DNA of 64,000 nt from a virus (IMGVR_UViG_2885593961_000002:14432-78431), one strand, 5' to 3'. Numbered from the stretch's first letter, positions 1 through 9,254 are shown. Notes: a model not told the origin generated them from the sequence alone. A program made the numbers and translations.

Positions 1-348
1 AGAGTCCGGTCGGCGGGCGTCGAGAATCTGGCGCGCGACCTCCCAGGGCACACGGTTCTCGGTATCGGCGTGCGCGAGGTTGACGTAATAGCCGAGATGG
101 TTGCCGTCCGGGTAGACCGAAAATCCGCACACGGTCGTTCGGTTGGTGTCGAAGATGAGCTTCTTGTTCGTCCCCCTGCCCTCGTCGTCGACCTTCATGA
201 TCTCGGCGAGGCCTGCATGCCTGCGCGAGTCTTCGGTCTCGATGTCGAAACCGATGAATCCGGCCGACGCTACTTCCGCGATGATCTGCGGCAGGAGAGC
301 GTCGATGTTGCGCGCATCGACAAGGACTTTGCGATCCTTGTCCATCGC

Positions 349-537
349 TTACCCCGCCGCTTTGTCGGCAGCTTCAGCGCCGACCAGCGCGAGCGCCATC
401 ATCGCGTGAGCCGGTTCCGCTTCGAGCATCGCCCGGAACTGGACGACGATGCTGTCGATCTTCGTGCGATCGTCTTCGGGGAGTTTCGAGATCTCATCCT
501 GAATGATGAGAAGCTGAATGCGTTCAGCAGAGGCCAT
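349..537 (-). CDS. hypothetical protein (62 aa)
   Basis: Leftward ORF preceded by ACCACCACCACAAGGATCAAAAC-ATG, a leader shared with other genes here. Confidence 0.7.
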   Translation of the reverse strand: MASAERIQLLIIQDEISKLPEDDRTKIDSIVVQFRAMLEAEPAHAMMALALVGAEAADKAAG

Positions 538-559
538 GTTTTGATCCTTGTGGTGGTGG

Positions 560-1354
560 TCACATCATGAAATCTGAAAGAATGTGGTTGATCGCCTTGT
601 CGTCATGCTGGCCAACAACCAGATGCTTCGCGATCAGTTCCGGGTCAACGTCATAGAAGCCCGTGATCTCCCACATACCCTTCAGTGCAGCTTCGTTTTC
701 CTTAACCCATGCCAACGGCTTCTTGCCGAGGTGGAAGGAACCGGCTTCGCTATCCCAACAGGGCACGTAGCCCTCGGTGAAAAACTGCATCCAGCGTTCG
801 CGGTCGCAGTGCTCCCACGCCACGTCGCCGAAACCGGGGATGCCGGTAATCTTGTCGGACTTGTCACCGACGAGCGTCTTGTACAGACGCACTTCGGTGA
901 AGTCGGTGTTGTCGTATTCGACCTTGTCGCGCCCTTCGAGCTTCGTGTGCTTGCCATCGCACAGCGCGAGGTAATCGCCATCAGTCGAATGGATGGTGAT
1001 CGAGTCCGTCTGGTCCTTGTAGAGACGATGCAGTGTGGCGATGACGTCGTCTGCCTCCCATGTCGGGATCTCAAGCGACATGCAGCGCGTGAACCGCAGC
1101 ACTTGCTTGAACAGGTCCATCGTCTTGTAGAACTCGTCTACGGCGCTTTGCCGGCCGACCTTGTATCCGGGATAGAGCGCTCGGCGTCGGTCCTTCGCGC
1201 CGTGTCCATCCCAAACCCAAATGATGGTGTCGAACATCGGCAGCATCTTCATGTCGACCAGCACGTTGCGAATCGAGCCGCTGGTTTCGAAGATGGTGCG
1301 GAAACGGTTGTTTCCGTCGATGAAATGCAAACCCATGATGACCTCGCAGGACAT
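560..1354 (-). CDS. 5'-3' exonuclease / flap endonuclease (Pol I N-terminal, T5 D15 / T4 RNase H family)
   Basis: Motifs FIDGNN, WVWDG, RRALYPGYK, EADDVIATL, STDGDY and the helix-hairpin LVGDKSDKITGIPGFG. Confidence 0.92.
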   Translation of the reverse strand: MSCEVIMGLHFIDGNNRFRTIFETSGSIRNVLVDMKMLPMFDTIIWVWDGHGAKDRRRALYPGYKVGRQSAVDEFYKTMDLFKQVLRFTRCMSLEIPTWEADDVIATLHRLYKDQTDSITIHSTDGDYLALCDGKHTKLEGRDKVEYDNTDFTEVRLYKTLVGDKSDKITGIPGFGDVAWEHCDRERWMQFFTEGYVPCWDSEAGSFHLGKKPLAWVKENEAALKGMWEITGFYDVDPELIAKHLVVGQHDDKAINHILSDFMM

Positions 1355-1387
1355 GAAAAAAGCCGCGAGCTTTTGACTCGCGGCTTT
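1355..1387 (-). terminator. intrinsic terminator
   Basis: 11-bp stem AAAGCCGCGAG/CTCGCGGCTTT (1359-1387) followed by a T run on the minus strand. Confidence 0.75.
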
Positions 1388-1403
1388 CCGTACAGCTTGT
1401 GGC

Positions 1404-2117
1404 TTACGCCGGCTCGGCTTCCGCTTCGATGCCCTGGTATTCCCAGGTCATGATGCCCCACGCGTTGTTGTTCTTGTTGGTCATCCGGAGGAAGCCAACC
1501 TTCACGTCCACGCGCTGGCCACCAGCGTTCGCTTCCATGACCTTCTGGTAGAAGTCCTGCCACGCACGCCAGTTCGTGGTCGACGTCGCGTAACCGACAC
1601 GCTGACCAGCCTTCGCCAGCACTTCACCGTCCGCGGAGACGATGTCGGCCGTCAGGATCATCGGCACGTCAGCACTGCGGTACGCGCGGGCCTTCGCGTC
1701 GAGGGCGATGGCCTTGGCTTGCGCTTCGGACCAGGGGATGCCCTTGTCGCTCGTGACGCCGTCGTACGTCGACCAGTATTGCGCCGGGTTGCCGGCTTTG
1801 ATCGACATCTTGACCATGAAGCCCGTGCCTTCCGTCATGTCGATAACCGCTTCGAACGACTGCACGAGCTTGGCGCTTGCGCCGACCTGGAGACCGAATT
1901 CCTTCGGCTTGATCCACAGATCGACGGCCATGCCCGCCGACATCAGTTGCTCCATCGAGAGCTTCTGGCCGGGAACTGCAACCGCACCGCCAGCCGCACC
2001 TACTGCTGCGACTGCCGTGCCGGTCGTCGGCGCGGCGGCTGCGCCGGCTGCTGCGTTTGCGATTGCGCCAGCTGCTGCGTCTTTGGCGCGCTGCATTGCT
2101 GCTTGGATCGGGTCCAT
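1404..2117 (-). CDS. hypothetical replication protein, possibly ssDNA-binding
   Basis: 237 aa between helicase and exonuclease; Ala-rich N-terminus and acidic tail (EAEAEPA); the SSB role is inferred from context only. Confidence 0.55.
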   Translation of the reverse strand: MDPIQAAMQRAKDAAAGAIANAAAGAAAAPTTGTAVAAVGAAGGAVAVPGQKLSMEQLMSAGMAVDLWIKPKEFGLQVGASAKLVQSFEAVIDMTEGTGFMVKMSIKAGNPAQYWSTYDGVTSDKGIPWSEAQAKAIALDAKARAYRSADVPMILTADIVSADGEVLAKAGQRVGYATSTTNWRAWQDFYQKVMEANAGGQRVDVKVGFLRMTNKNNNAWGIMTWEYQGIEAEAEPA

Positions 2118-2201
2118 ACGTTTCCTTCAAATGTTAGCTGTTTATGCGTCTGTTTCTGCTTCTGTTCTCTCGCCGTGGTGGTGGACACGTCGAGGAATAT
2201 G

Positions 2202-2230
2202 ATCGTACCTTCGTTCTACTAACTACACAA
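2202..2230 (-). promoter_or_regulatory. sigma70-like promoter for the putative SSB gene
   Basis: Minus strand TTGTGT-17 bp-TACGAT. Confidence 0.55.
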
Positions 2231-2260
2231 TGCTGCTCTATACGATATATCGCGCCCTCC

Positions 2261-3745
2261 TTACGCGAATTCGGCCATCGATATCTTCCGATCGGTAGCC
2301 TTCGATGAATCGAACATCTCTTCCTCTTGCTGACGGCGTTGCTCCGACAACCGGAAGACCTCCTTCGTCGGATCGACGAGGTTCGCGTCACGCGACTTGT
2401 TCTCGATAATCTGCATGATGCGTTGATCGATGGAGTCGCGATACTCCAGCACGTAGATCCGCAGCGGTCGCGCGCGCTTGCCACGGATGCCTCGCCGATA
2501 CGCCTGCACGAATGAGTCGTCCATATAGTTCAGTGAAGTGAAGACCATCGTTTCAAGGTGGTGCCAGTTGAAGCCGACACCGGCCGTATCCGGCGATGCA
2601 ACCACGCAGTCGAGATCACCGCGGCGAAATGCCTCGTCGATGCGTGCGCGCTGCGTGGACGACACGTGCCCGTTGATCAGCGCCGTGCGCAGGCCCATCG
2701 ACTTCGCGATGGCGACGATGCGTTCTTGCTCAGGGACGAGCGCGGCGAACACCGCGATCGGTTCCCCGGACACAACCGCGTCCGCAAAGTGGATCTTCAG
2801 GCGTTCATCCTTTCCGGTTGTCTCGCCTTTGGCCAGCCCGAAGGTCTCCGGATGGGCCATGATCTGCCGACAACGCATCGCGTTGACTGCCGGCGACTGG
2901 CCTTCAAGGAACTCGTCTTCCAGCTCGACGAGCGCCATTTCCTCCATTTCCTCGTATGCCTTCCGCTGCTTGGGCGACATGTCGCACAGCTCAGTGACGA
3001 TGACCTTCGCTTCCGGACCATGAACCTCTTCGAACGTGTGGCGAACGGCTACGTGCTGAAGGATCTGGCCCAGCCGCTGGTGGTTGTGCCACCCGATTGT
3101 CGTGCCATATTCGTCCTGAAGCCGGTGCTGGGCCAGGAACGCGCCGTACGTGCCGTAGAAGCGCGGCTCAATTACCTGAAGAGCCGGATACGCGCTCGCG
3201 AGCGTGCCCTTGATGATCGTGCCCGTCATGGCCATGAAGCGCTCGATGCTACGCATCGCGATGTACATGTTCTGCGTGCGGCCGGAATCATGTCCCGAAT
3301 AGCCAAGGTGCCACTCATCGAAGATCGCGGCATTGAGCTGAGGATGCCACTGCTTCAAACGCTGCCAGTCGTCTGAAAAGCGTTGGAACCCCATGATGAA
3401 CACCTTCGCGTTCTCGTTACGCATCTGACGCTCGCGTCGCTTGGCCTCGCCGTCGACGATCTGTATCTCGCTCGGATGGAAGTTCGTGAACTCCAACAAC
3501 TCATCCTTGTTCTTTCGCAGCAGCGACATCGGCATGACGAAGTACGACTTGCATCCCAGGTCGTCCCAGAGGTACTGCGTGTACATGCAGGCCGAGCCAG
3601 TCTTTTGCGTCGCAGGGTCCGACAAGTTCATACAACGCGGCGTCATGATGTAGAAAGCGAGATCCGCGATCTGGTGCTCGCGCGGCACTTTCTTCTCGAT
3701 TGTCACTTGTTCCTGCTCCCGTCTCGAAAATCCCACCGCTGCCAT
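2261..3745 (-). CDS. SF2 (SNF2-like) helicase
   Basis: Motif I variant SDPATQKT, motif II IFDEWH, MTGT (III), HelicC with ASPDTAGVGFN and QAYRRGIR. Confidence 0.88.
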   Translation of the reverse strand: MAAVGFSRREQEQVTIEKKVPREHQIADLAFYIMTPRCMNLSDPATQKTGSACMYTQYLWDDLGCKSYFVMPMSLLRKNKDELLEFTNFHPSEIQIVDGEAKRRERQMRNENAKVFIMGFQRFSDDWQRLKQWHPQLNAAIFDEWHLGYSGHDSGRTQNMYIAMRSIERFMAMTGTIIKGTLASAYPALQVIEPRFYGTYGAFLAQHRLQDEYGTTIGWHNHQRLGQILQHVAVRHTFEEVHGPEAKVIVTELCDMSPKQRKAYEEMEEMALVELEDEFLEGQSPAVNAMRCRQIMAHPETFGLAKGETTGKDERLKIHFADAVVSGEPIAVFAALVPEQERIVAIAKSMGLRTALINGHVSSTQRARIDEAFRRGDLDCVVASPDTAGVGFNWHHLETMVFTSLNYMDDSFVQAYRRGIRGKRARPLRIYVLEYRDSIDQRIMQIIENKSRDANLVDPTKEVFRLSEQRRQQEEEMFDSSKATDRKISMAEFA

Positions 3746-3990
3746 TCGTCCTCCGGCAGCTCACTCTTGACCTGTCTGCCTGCCCACTTTTCGAACGTCT
3801 CACGGGTCACGACCGGATAACGTCGTCCGATCCCGACAGCGGGACCGTCGTAGGTGATCGCACCGAGAAAGTTGATGTGGATGATCACCCGGTCGTTCAC
3901 GAACCCGTTGGCGTTCGAAGGGCGCTTTCCACGCCACACCTGCCCCACGTGGAATGCCTTGCTTTCTTCGGGTGTTGTTCTATCGTTCAT
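3703..3990 (-). CDS. hypothetical protein
   Basis: Start trimmed to MNDRTTPEE so it abuts the upstream gene; no recognisable motif. Confidence 0.65.
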   Translation of the reverse strand: MNDRTTPEESKAFHVGQVWRGKRPSNANGFVNDRVIIHINFLGAITYDGPAVGIGRRYPVVTRETFEKWAGRQVKSELPEDEWQRWDFRDGSRNK

Positions 3991-4174
3991 TTCGATTCTT
4001 CGCTCCGAATAGGAGGTCGTCATGAATTGGCTTTGCATCAAGTGCCACCTTGAATTCCCGTTCGATGCCGAAAAAGTCGGAATCGACTCGTTCGGCATCT
4101 ACGTGTTCTGCCCACACTGCGGCCGGCGCAACAAGCTCATCAACATCGGAAAGCGCGGCCGCATCGTTCTCCAA
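3980..4174 (-). CDS. hypothetical acidic protein (64 aa)
   Basis: Fills the gap in the leftward gene run. Confidence 0.5.
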   Translation of the reverse strand: MENDAAALSDVDELVAPAAVWAEHVDAERVDSDFFGIEREFKVALDAKPIHDDLLFGAKNRNER

Positions 4175-4193
4175 CAGACAGGCACGTGACGAA

Positions 4194-4544
4194 TCAGGTC
4201 AGCAAAGCCGACACGTTCGAGAAGTAGCTGTACATCTGACGCAGCAGACGCAACTGTTCACTGGTCAACACACGCTTCGACAGTTCATGACCGAGCTGAT
4301 AGACGGCCTGGACCATGTACTCTCGGGTGTACGACGGCCCAAAGCTGTAGAGACGGACATTGAAACCAACGCGGTAGTATTCCGGCACCATGTTGTTCCA
4401 GATCATCTTCAAGGTATTGAAGACGTGCCGCGTATCCATCTTCGCCGGGTCGTGCTTGATACCGTGTCGGTCGCGCCATCTAAAGCAGGCGTCGACGTGC
4501 GTACGGCGCTCGATCTGCGCACGCAGTTCGATTGCCGTGCTCAT
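4194..4544 (-). CDS. hypothetical protein (116 aa)
   Basis: 4-bp overlap with the upstream gene; protein-like composition. Confidence 0.7.
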   Translation of the reverse strand: MSTAIELRAQIERRTHVDACFRWRDRHGIKHDPAKMDTRHVFNTLKMIWNNMVPEYYRVGFNVRLYSFGPSYTREYMVQAVYQLGHELSKRVLTSEQLRLLRQMYSYFSNVSALLT

Positions 4545-5269
4545 GCTCCCCTCCCTCGGGCGATGGGAAGATCGGAAAGCATGTCCTCGCGGCGCGCGTA
4601 GCGCCGCAAGACAGCCACACCGAGGCTTTCCAAGGGCAACGACACTATCAGCCCCTCCTCACCGGCAAGCAGCGCCGTCTTGAGCCGCTGCGCAGGCTTA
4701 CGAGCCACTACGTCGTACGTGCCGGTGATGATCACCCGGCGTGGCATGTACACCGATTGGTCGATGATCGTGTCGACGACCCGCTGGTGCTTCGGGTTCG
4801 CCTGCGTCAGCACCAGCGGCTGGACGTTGGTGCGTTCCAGTTCCGCGGCGATGTCGTTCGGCGAGAAGTGCCAGATTGGCCTCACGATCGGCTGGATCGG
4901 GCTGCTCATGCGCGAGAGCGTGAGCAGCGTCAGCGTCATCTCGTCGTTCGTGTCCTCCATCACGAATACCCCGGCCTCACCATCTGCCTTCGGAATCGGC
5001 AGCATGACCTTGACCAACGGGTCCCTTGCCAGCGCCTGAAATTGCCTCCAATGCGTTGGGTCCGGAACTGCCGCGCTCACGGGGAAAAGGTGGTTGCAAG
5101 CAAGCCTGCGCGCCGGCACCACCGCAAAGGGTGATGGTGCCTTCAGCGACAGGAAGTTCGATGCGTTGCGCCCTTGGTGCAGGTACGCAACGCCTTCAGC
5201 GTTCCAGTGAATTCCGTACGTCCGTACTTCGATCTTGTGGTCGCCTTCCTCGTAATGGTGATCCTTCAT
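4541..5269 (-). CDS. hypothetical protein (242 aa)
   Basis: 4-bp overlaps at both ends (translational coupling). Confidence 0.7.
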   Translation of the reverse strand: MKDHHYEEGDHKIEVRTYGIHWNAEGVAYLHQGRNASNFLSLKAPSPFAVVPARRLACNHLFPVSAAVPDPTHWRQFQALARDPLVKVMLPIPKADGEAGVFVMEDTNDEMTLTLLTLSRMSSPIQPIVRPIWHFSPNDIAAELERTNVQPLVLTQANPKHQRVVDTIIDQSVYMPRRVIITGTYDVVARKPAQRLKTALLAGEEGLIVSLPLESLGVAVLRRYARREDMLSDLPIARGRGA

Positions 5270-5670
5270 AGCCTTATCAATTCACCCACGTGCTTCTTCG
5301 TATACCCCGAGAGATCCATGAGATCGGTGAGCGTCACTTCGTAACGCCCTGTCTCGACGGCAGCGACCTTGTGCACGGTCCAACCGAGCCGTTCGGAAGC
5401 TTCCTTTCGGGTATGTTTGAGTTCGATCGCTCTGCTGAACGCGAGAGTTTCCCCAAGCCGCTCATGAGTGCGGCCAAGCGTACGTCTCACGGGTTGCCCC
5501 GGATGTTCAGCGTTCTCTACCTTCTTCCGCTGAGACGCCTTGACTCCTTTTGCCGCGATGATTGCCCTGATCGACGGAACCGACAGGGCGAAATCACGCG
5601 CGAGAGCCGAGGCTGACTTGCCGTCGACGTAGAGATCCGCGATCTGTTGATCGCGTTCCTCCTTCGTCAT
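5266..5670 (-). CDS. helix-turn-helix DNA-binding protein (two HTH-like units, C-terminal XRE-like)
   Basis: GKSASALARDFALSVPSIRAII and TRKEASERLGWTVHKVAAVETGRYEVTLTDL. Confidence 0.75.
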   Translation of the reverse strand: MTKEERDQQIADLYVDGKSASALARDFALSVPSIRAIIAAKGVKASQRKKVENAEHPGQPVRRTLGRTHERLGETLAFSRAIELKHTRKEASERLGWTVHKVAAVETGRYEVTLTDLMDLSGYTKKHVGELIRL

Positions 5671-5678
5671 CGCAAGGC

Positions 5679-5906
5679 TCAGACTTTCGTGTAGGGGAAA
5701 CGAGTGGGATGCTTCTTGATGAGGCCGCTGAAGGCCGAGCCAAACGAATCGGCCGCGACCAGCTGGCCGACGAGTTCTTTCGGGACGTTGCTGTACTGAT
5801 ACTCCTCACCGTTCTTGACGAAAACGATGTTGAGCTGCTGATTTTTTTCGTTATAGGCAAATGCGGAGATCTGCGACGAGGTCACAGACGTGTAGCCAGA
5901 TTTCAT
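5679..5906 (-). CDS. KTSC-domain protein
   Basis: VTSSQISAFAYN...LNIVFVKNGEEYQYSNVP..LV..L..ADSFGSAF matches the KTSC pattern. Confidence 0.85.
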   Translation of the reverse strand: MKSGYTSVTSSQISAFAYNEKNQQLNIVFVKNGEEYQYSNVPKELVGQLVAADSFGSAFSGLIKKHPTRFPYTKV

Positions 5907-6021
5907 GTTTCGATCTCTTATAGATTGAAGGTTGCTGTTCAGGTGGTGGTGGCACCCGCTCTACTACGAAGAGCCTTTACGGGACGCGTGGTGGTGACAC
6001 GCTTACCGTGCGGCTTTACTA

Positions 6022-6285
6022 CTAACCTGCGTACAACACGACTTCTTCAGGCACTTCGATCGCGACCGGGGGTTGGCCGATGCCGAACACCGTCAGCTTG
6101 ATCATCGCGCCGTTGCGCAGCTTCTCGACATCTTGCTGACTCGGTTGCCAATATGACATCCAGACGTTCTGCTCGTTATCGCGGACGACCGGAAGTGATA
6201 TGCACTTTCCGTCGCGTTCCTCGTTCCAGTTCGCGGGCCGGCCTAGATCGTGAGTCGTGCGGGCTGTCTTGACCGGAATCATCAC
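6022..6285 (-). CDS. hypothetical phage protein (87 aa)
   Basis: LGRPANW...CISLPV...SYWQPS...QPPVAIEV; overlaps its neighbour. Confidence 0.7.
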   Translation of the reverse strand: MMIPVKTARTTHDLGRPANWNEERDGKCISLPVVRDNEQNVWMSYWQPSQQDVEKLRNGAMIKLTVFGIGQPPVAIEVPEEVVLYAG

Positions 6286-6491
6286 GTTGCAGCCCTCCAG
6301 CCGTCACGCCAAAAGGTCCAGTAGCGGTGAACTTCCGAGTTGAGATAGCCATCGTCCTGCGGATCACGTTCGAGCGACAGTCCTTCGAGCCATTCGTGCT
6401 GCTCGAACTCACGGCGCATCCGGTCGTTCTCAGCGGCCTCGTGTGCAGCAGCGGCAATCGCGAGATTGCGTGCCAGCGGTGATTGACTCAT
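6282..6491 (-). CDS. hypothetical protein (69 aa)
   Basis: Coupled to both neighbours by 4-bp overlaps. Confidence 0.7.
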   Translation of the reverse strand: MSQSPLARNLAIAAAAHEAAENDRMRREFEQHEWLEGLSLERDPQDDGYLNSEVHRYWTFWRDGWRAAT

Positions 6492-6757
6492 GCCGTCACC
6501 TTCGTGCGTCGGAGTTCATCACGCAGACGCTTCAGGCGTGCAATCTGCTGCTTGCTCAAGAGACCTGAGCTGATTGTGTTTTTGACTGCCGAGAACCACG
6601 TGTCGCGAGAAATCGGCGACTCGTTCCCTTGACTGTCGGCGACGTTGACGTTTGCGAATTTCCGGAGAGCTTCCCCGGTCTTGATCAGGGCGTCGACTGC
6701 TTTCGGTACATCGGCCAGTGGGTGCGGTCTTGCCTCAGTGGTGGTGGTGAGGTTCAT
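6488..6757 (-). CDS. hypothetical protein
   Basis: Start trimmed to MNLTTTTE, overlapping the upstream stop. Confidence 0.65.
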   Translation of the reverse strand: MNLTTTTEARPHPLADVPKAVDALIKTGEALRKFANVNVADSQGNESPISRDTWFSAVKNTISSGLLSKQQIARLKRLRDELRRTKVTA

Positions 6758-7053
6758 TCTGATTCCGTACGGAAGATTCCAACTACAGCGGGCGACTCCA
6801 TCGATTGCCCGAACCAGTATCCGAGATCGAGACGTGCGTTGACAAGGGCTTTTATCTCCTCCCACATCTCCAATCCCTCGTTCTGCCAAAACGGGTGATC
6901 CTGCATGCGTATCGCCTGCTTCAGCCCGTGTGGCAGGTACTTCTCCTTCAGGTCGACAAAGGCGTTGATATCGACCTTCAGGAGCACAACAAGCGCGACG
7001 TCAACGACATCGCGCATCTTGCCGCTCTCGGCGCGATAGGCGATGACTTCCAT
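6754..7053 (-). CDS. hypothetical protein (99 aa)
   Basis: Abuts neighbours in the leftward operon. Confidence 0.65.
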   Translation of the reverse strand: MEVIAYRAESGKMRDVVDVALVVLLKVDINAFVDLKEKYLPHGLKQAIRMQDHPFWQNEGLEMWEEIKALVNARLDLGYWFGQSMESPAVVGIFRTESE

Positions 7054-7269
7054 CTATCGCATCTCGATCTTCGCGCCGTCCGGTATGTAGCCCACCGGCA
7101 GGACAAAGTAGCCCTTGATGACACGAAGCTTTTCCAGCGTCTTCATGGTCCGAACCCAAGCGTCAAGCACACGCTCGTGGGTGAAATACTTCGGCTCCAT
7201 GTGGTTATCCAGGTGGTGGACCTGGATCACCTGCGGCGGATTCAACAAGGTGCCCTTTTCCGATGTCAC
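7054..7269 (-). CDS. hypothetical protein (48-71 aa)
   Basis: GTG at 7269 with a GGAGG RBS; alternative ATG at 7200. Confidence 0.55.
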   Translation of the reverse strand: MTSEKGTLLNPPQVIQVHHLDNHMEPKYFTHERVLDAWVRTMKTLEKLRVIKGYFVLPVGYIPDGAKIEMR

Positions 7270-7804
7270 GTAGAACCTCCTTTATCAGATCGGGTTGAAA
7301 ATCGACCATGTACGGGTGATTCATCACGTCCGCAAGGGATCGTGGCTGCGTTACCGCGAGCATGGACTCCAGCAGCTCGACACATGCCTGCTTCAGTACC
7401 GCCATCGCATCGGGATTGCCGCCTTCACTTTCTGTAAGCGTCGGCGGCCCGTTGTCGATGAAGCGCCAATGTGTGTAGTTGCAACAAAGCGTGTTGCCGC
7501 ACTCGTTCACGAGCCTGTATCGGTCGGACTTAGAGACTTCCGGCGTCGCCCACTCGTAGACGATCTTGTGCACGACTTTCCGCTTCCCTTTACCAACCTT
7601 CACAAGCCCGTACGAGGTCACGACCGTGGGCTGGTAGAAAGGAACCATATCGCTTGTTCGAACCATCTTCAAGCGCGGACCAGCTTTTGTTTTCGCCCCC
7701 TTCCACGGCCAGCAGACGTCGAGCTGGCCGAAGTTGTCGATGCGGTCCTTGATACGTGCAACCAGCACCGCCAGATCGGCCTTACTATCGACGGCCTCAG
7801 TCAT
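7205..7804 (-). CDS. HNH-like (His-Me finger) protein, apparently degenerate
   Basis: CWPWKGAKT...YG..KVG...VVHKIVYEW...RLVNECGNTLCCNYTHW resembles the HNH_3 pattern, with N where the catalytic H is expected. Confidence 0.6.
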   Translation of the reverse strand: MTEAVDSKADLAVLVARIKDRIDNFGQLDVCWPWKGAKTKAGPRLKMVRTSDMVPFYQPTVVTSYGLVKVGKGKRKVVHKIVYEWATPEVSKSDRYRLVNECGNTLCCNYTHWRFIDNGPPTLTESEGGNPDAMAVLKQACVELLESMLAVTQPRSLADVMNHPYMVDFQPDLIKEVLRDIGKGHLVESAAGDPGPPPG

Positions 7805-8699
7805 AGTCAGGGCAACCGTCAGCGATGTATATCGATGCCTTGCCGATCATCTTCTTCGCGTCGCTGATGATCTGCTTGTTCACACTCCACGCACCGTGAT
7901 CGATAACAGCATCGATATGTGACGACACGAGCTGGTCAAGATACTGCGGTGGCAAAGCATCAAGTTCCCAGCTGGATTCGCCGTACTGGTCGAGATAGGA
8001 CTTGAACCGAGCATCCGTGGACTTCGCCGGGTTCTCGGGCGGGTTCAGTTCCTCGACTTGAGCCATATTGAGCGCGATGCGCTTCAGCTCAAACGAGTGC
8101 CCGCCGAACATCCGGAGGCGTTCGAGCAAATCGCGCGTCATATCGATCCCACTCGGGTCGTGATCGCCGAGATGCAGAATGAGACCGCGTTGACCTTCAC
8201 GCATACTTGGGATGATGTCGCTCAACGCGAACTCGCGCAACACCGTCGACGACGGGTAGCCACGCGCGGCGAGCAGCGGGGTATCGTAACGATGGCACAC
8301 ACGTTCGAGCACCCCGACGAGAGCTTCTTTCTCGACGATGACGAATACGCGGCGAGATTGACCGATCCAGAGGTCCTGATGGTACTGGTCCGCGCATGCG
8401 TCGATGATCGACGTCGGGGACGTCCAGCGCGAACGGCGAATGAACGCACGCGTTCGATCTTCGAGCATGTCCCAGTCGATCAGGCCCGCGAGCTTTCCGT
8501 CGTTGATGATTGACGCCGCGCGCTTGTACTCCTGCAAATTGTTGGGAATGATGTCGCGAGCGACGAGCTGGTAATACAGCTGACGCGTGGTCAAGACGTA
8601 CCCTTGGTTCTGATATTCGCGAACGATGTCGTTGATGATTCCGATCAGTTCGAGGGTAGACGGTTTAAACCGCTTCTCCTCATACTTTTGAGTGGCCAT
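7797..8699 (-). CDS. Topo VI-A / Spo11-like Toprim protein
   Basis: Winged-helix TTRQLYY (putative catalytic Tyr), Toprim VIVEKEAL and LGDHDPSG (DxD); start trimmed to MATQKYE. Confidence 0.75.
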   Translation of the reverse strand: MATQKYEEKRFKPSTLELIGIINDIVREYQNQGYVLTTRQLYYQLVARDIIPNNLQEYKRAASIINDGKLAGLIDWDMLEDRTRAFIRRSRWTSPTSIIDACADQYHQDLWIGQSRRVFVIVEKEALVGVLERVCHRYDTPLLAARGYPSSTVLREFALSDIIPSMREGQRGLILHLGDHDPSGIDMTRDLLERLRMFGGHSFELKRIALNMAQVEELNPPENPAKSTDARFKSYLDQYGESSWELDALPPQYLDQLVSSHIDAVIDHGAWSVNKQIISDAKKMIGKASIYIADGCPDYD

Positions 8700-8721
8700 G
8701 CTTTCTCTCGAAAATGTCGAA

Positions 8722-8753
8722 ATAAAAGCCGCATGGCTCAAACCATGCGGCTT
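8722..8753 (-). terminator. intrinsic terminator
   Basis: 11-bp stem AAGCCGCATGG/CCATGCGGCTT followed by TTATT on the minus strand. Confidence 0.7.
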
Positions 8754-8782
8754 CAGTTCGATGAACTACTACGCTTCAGCGA

Positions 8783-9193
8783 TTACTGCGACTTCAGCAG
8801 CGTCGGTTGGAGCTTGTAGTGCTTCGAGAGGTACGTCAGGATCGCGTCGCCGTGCTCCGCGAGGTTGGCCAGCAGCTGCTCTTCGGTCGCTGCGACCGGC
8901 AGAGCGTAACCTTCGGTGATCACGGTGCCGTCCGCGCCCTTCACCGCCTCGATGTGAACCGGCTTCACGCCGTGCAGCATGAGGCCAGCGATCTTCTTCA
9001 GCGACGTGGTACGCTCGGCGACGAACGCTTCACGGGCCTTCTGCTGCTCCTGGAAACGGGCTTCGTCCGCGGCCGACCAGTTCGATGCAGCCTTCGGAGC
9101 GCCGCGCAGAGCGCGCGGGGACTTGCCGTCGTTGCCGCCCTTGTTCTTCTTCGGAGCAGCGGAGTTCTTGGTCGTGGTGGTGGTGGGTTCCAT
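8783..9193 (-). CDS. hypothetical protein
   Basis: AAGGA RBS 7 nt before MEPTTTTT. Confidence 0.7.
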   Translation of the reverse strand: MEPTTTTTKNSAAPKKNKGGNDGKSPRALRGAPKAASNWSAADEARFQEQQKAREAFVAERTTSLKKIAGLMLHGVKPVHIEAVKGADGTVITEGYALPVAATEEQLLANLAEHGDAILTYLSKHYKLQPTLLKSQ

Positions 9194-9254
9194 CTTCAAT
9201 TCCTTCAGGGTTTGTTTTGGTTGAGAGAAGTGATCAGCCTGCCAGGTCGGCCAA

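Noticed and set aside
1-348. Possible leftward gene running off the window edge
   Set aside because: Minus-strand coding is likely, but no complete ORF or motif could be established.
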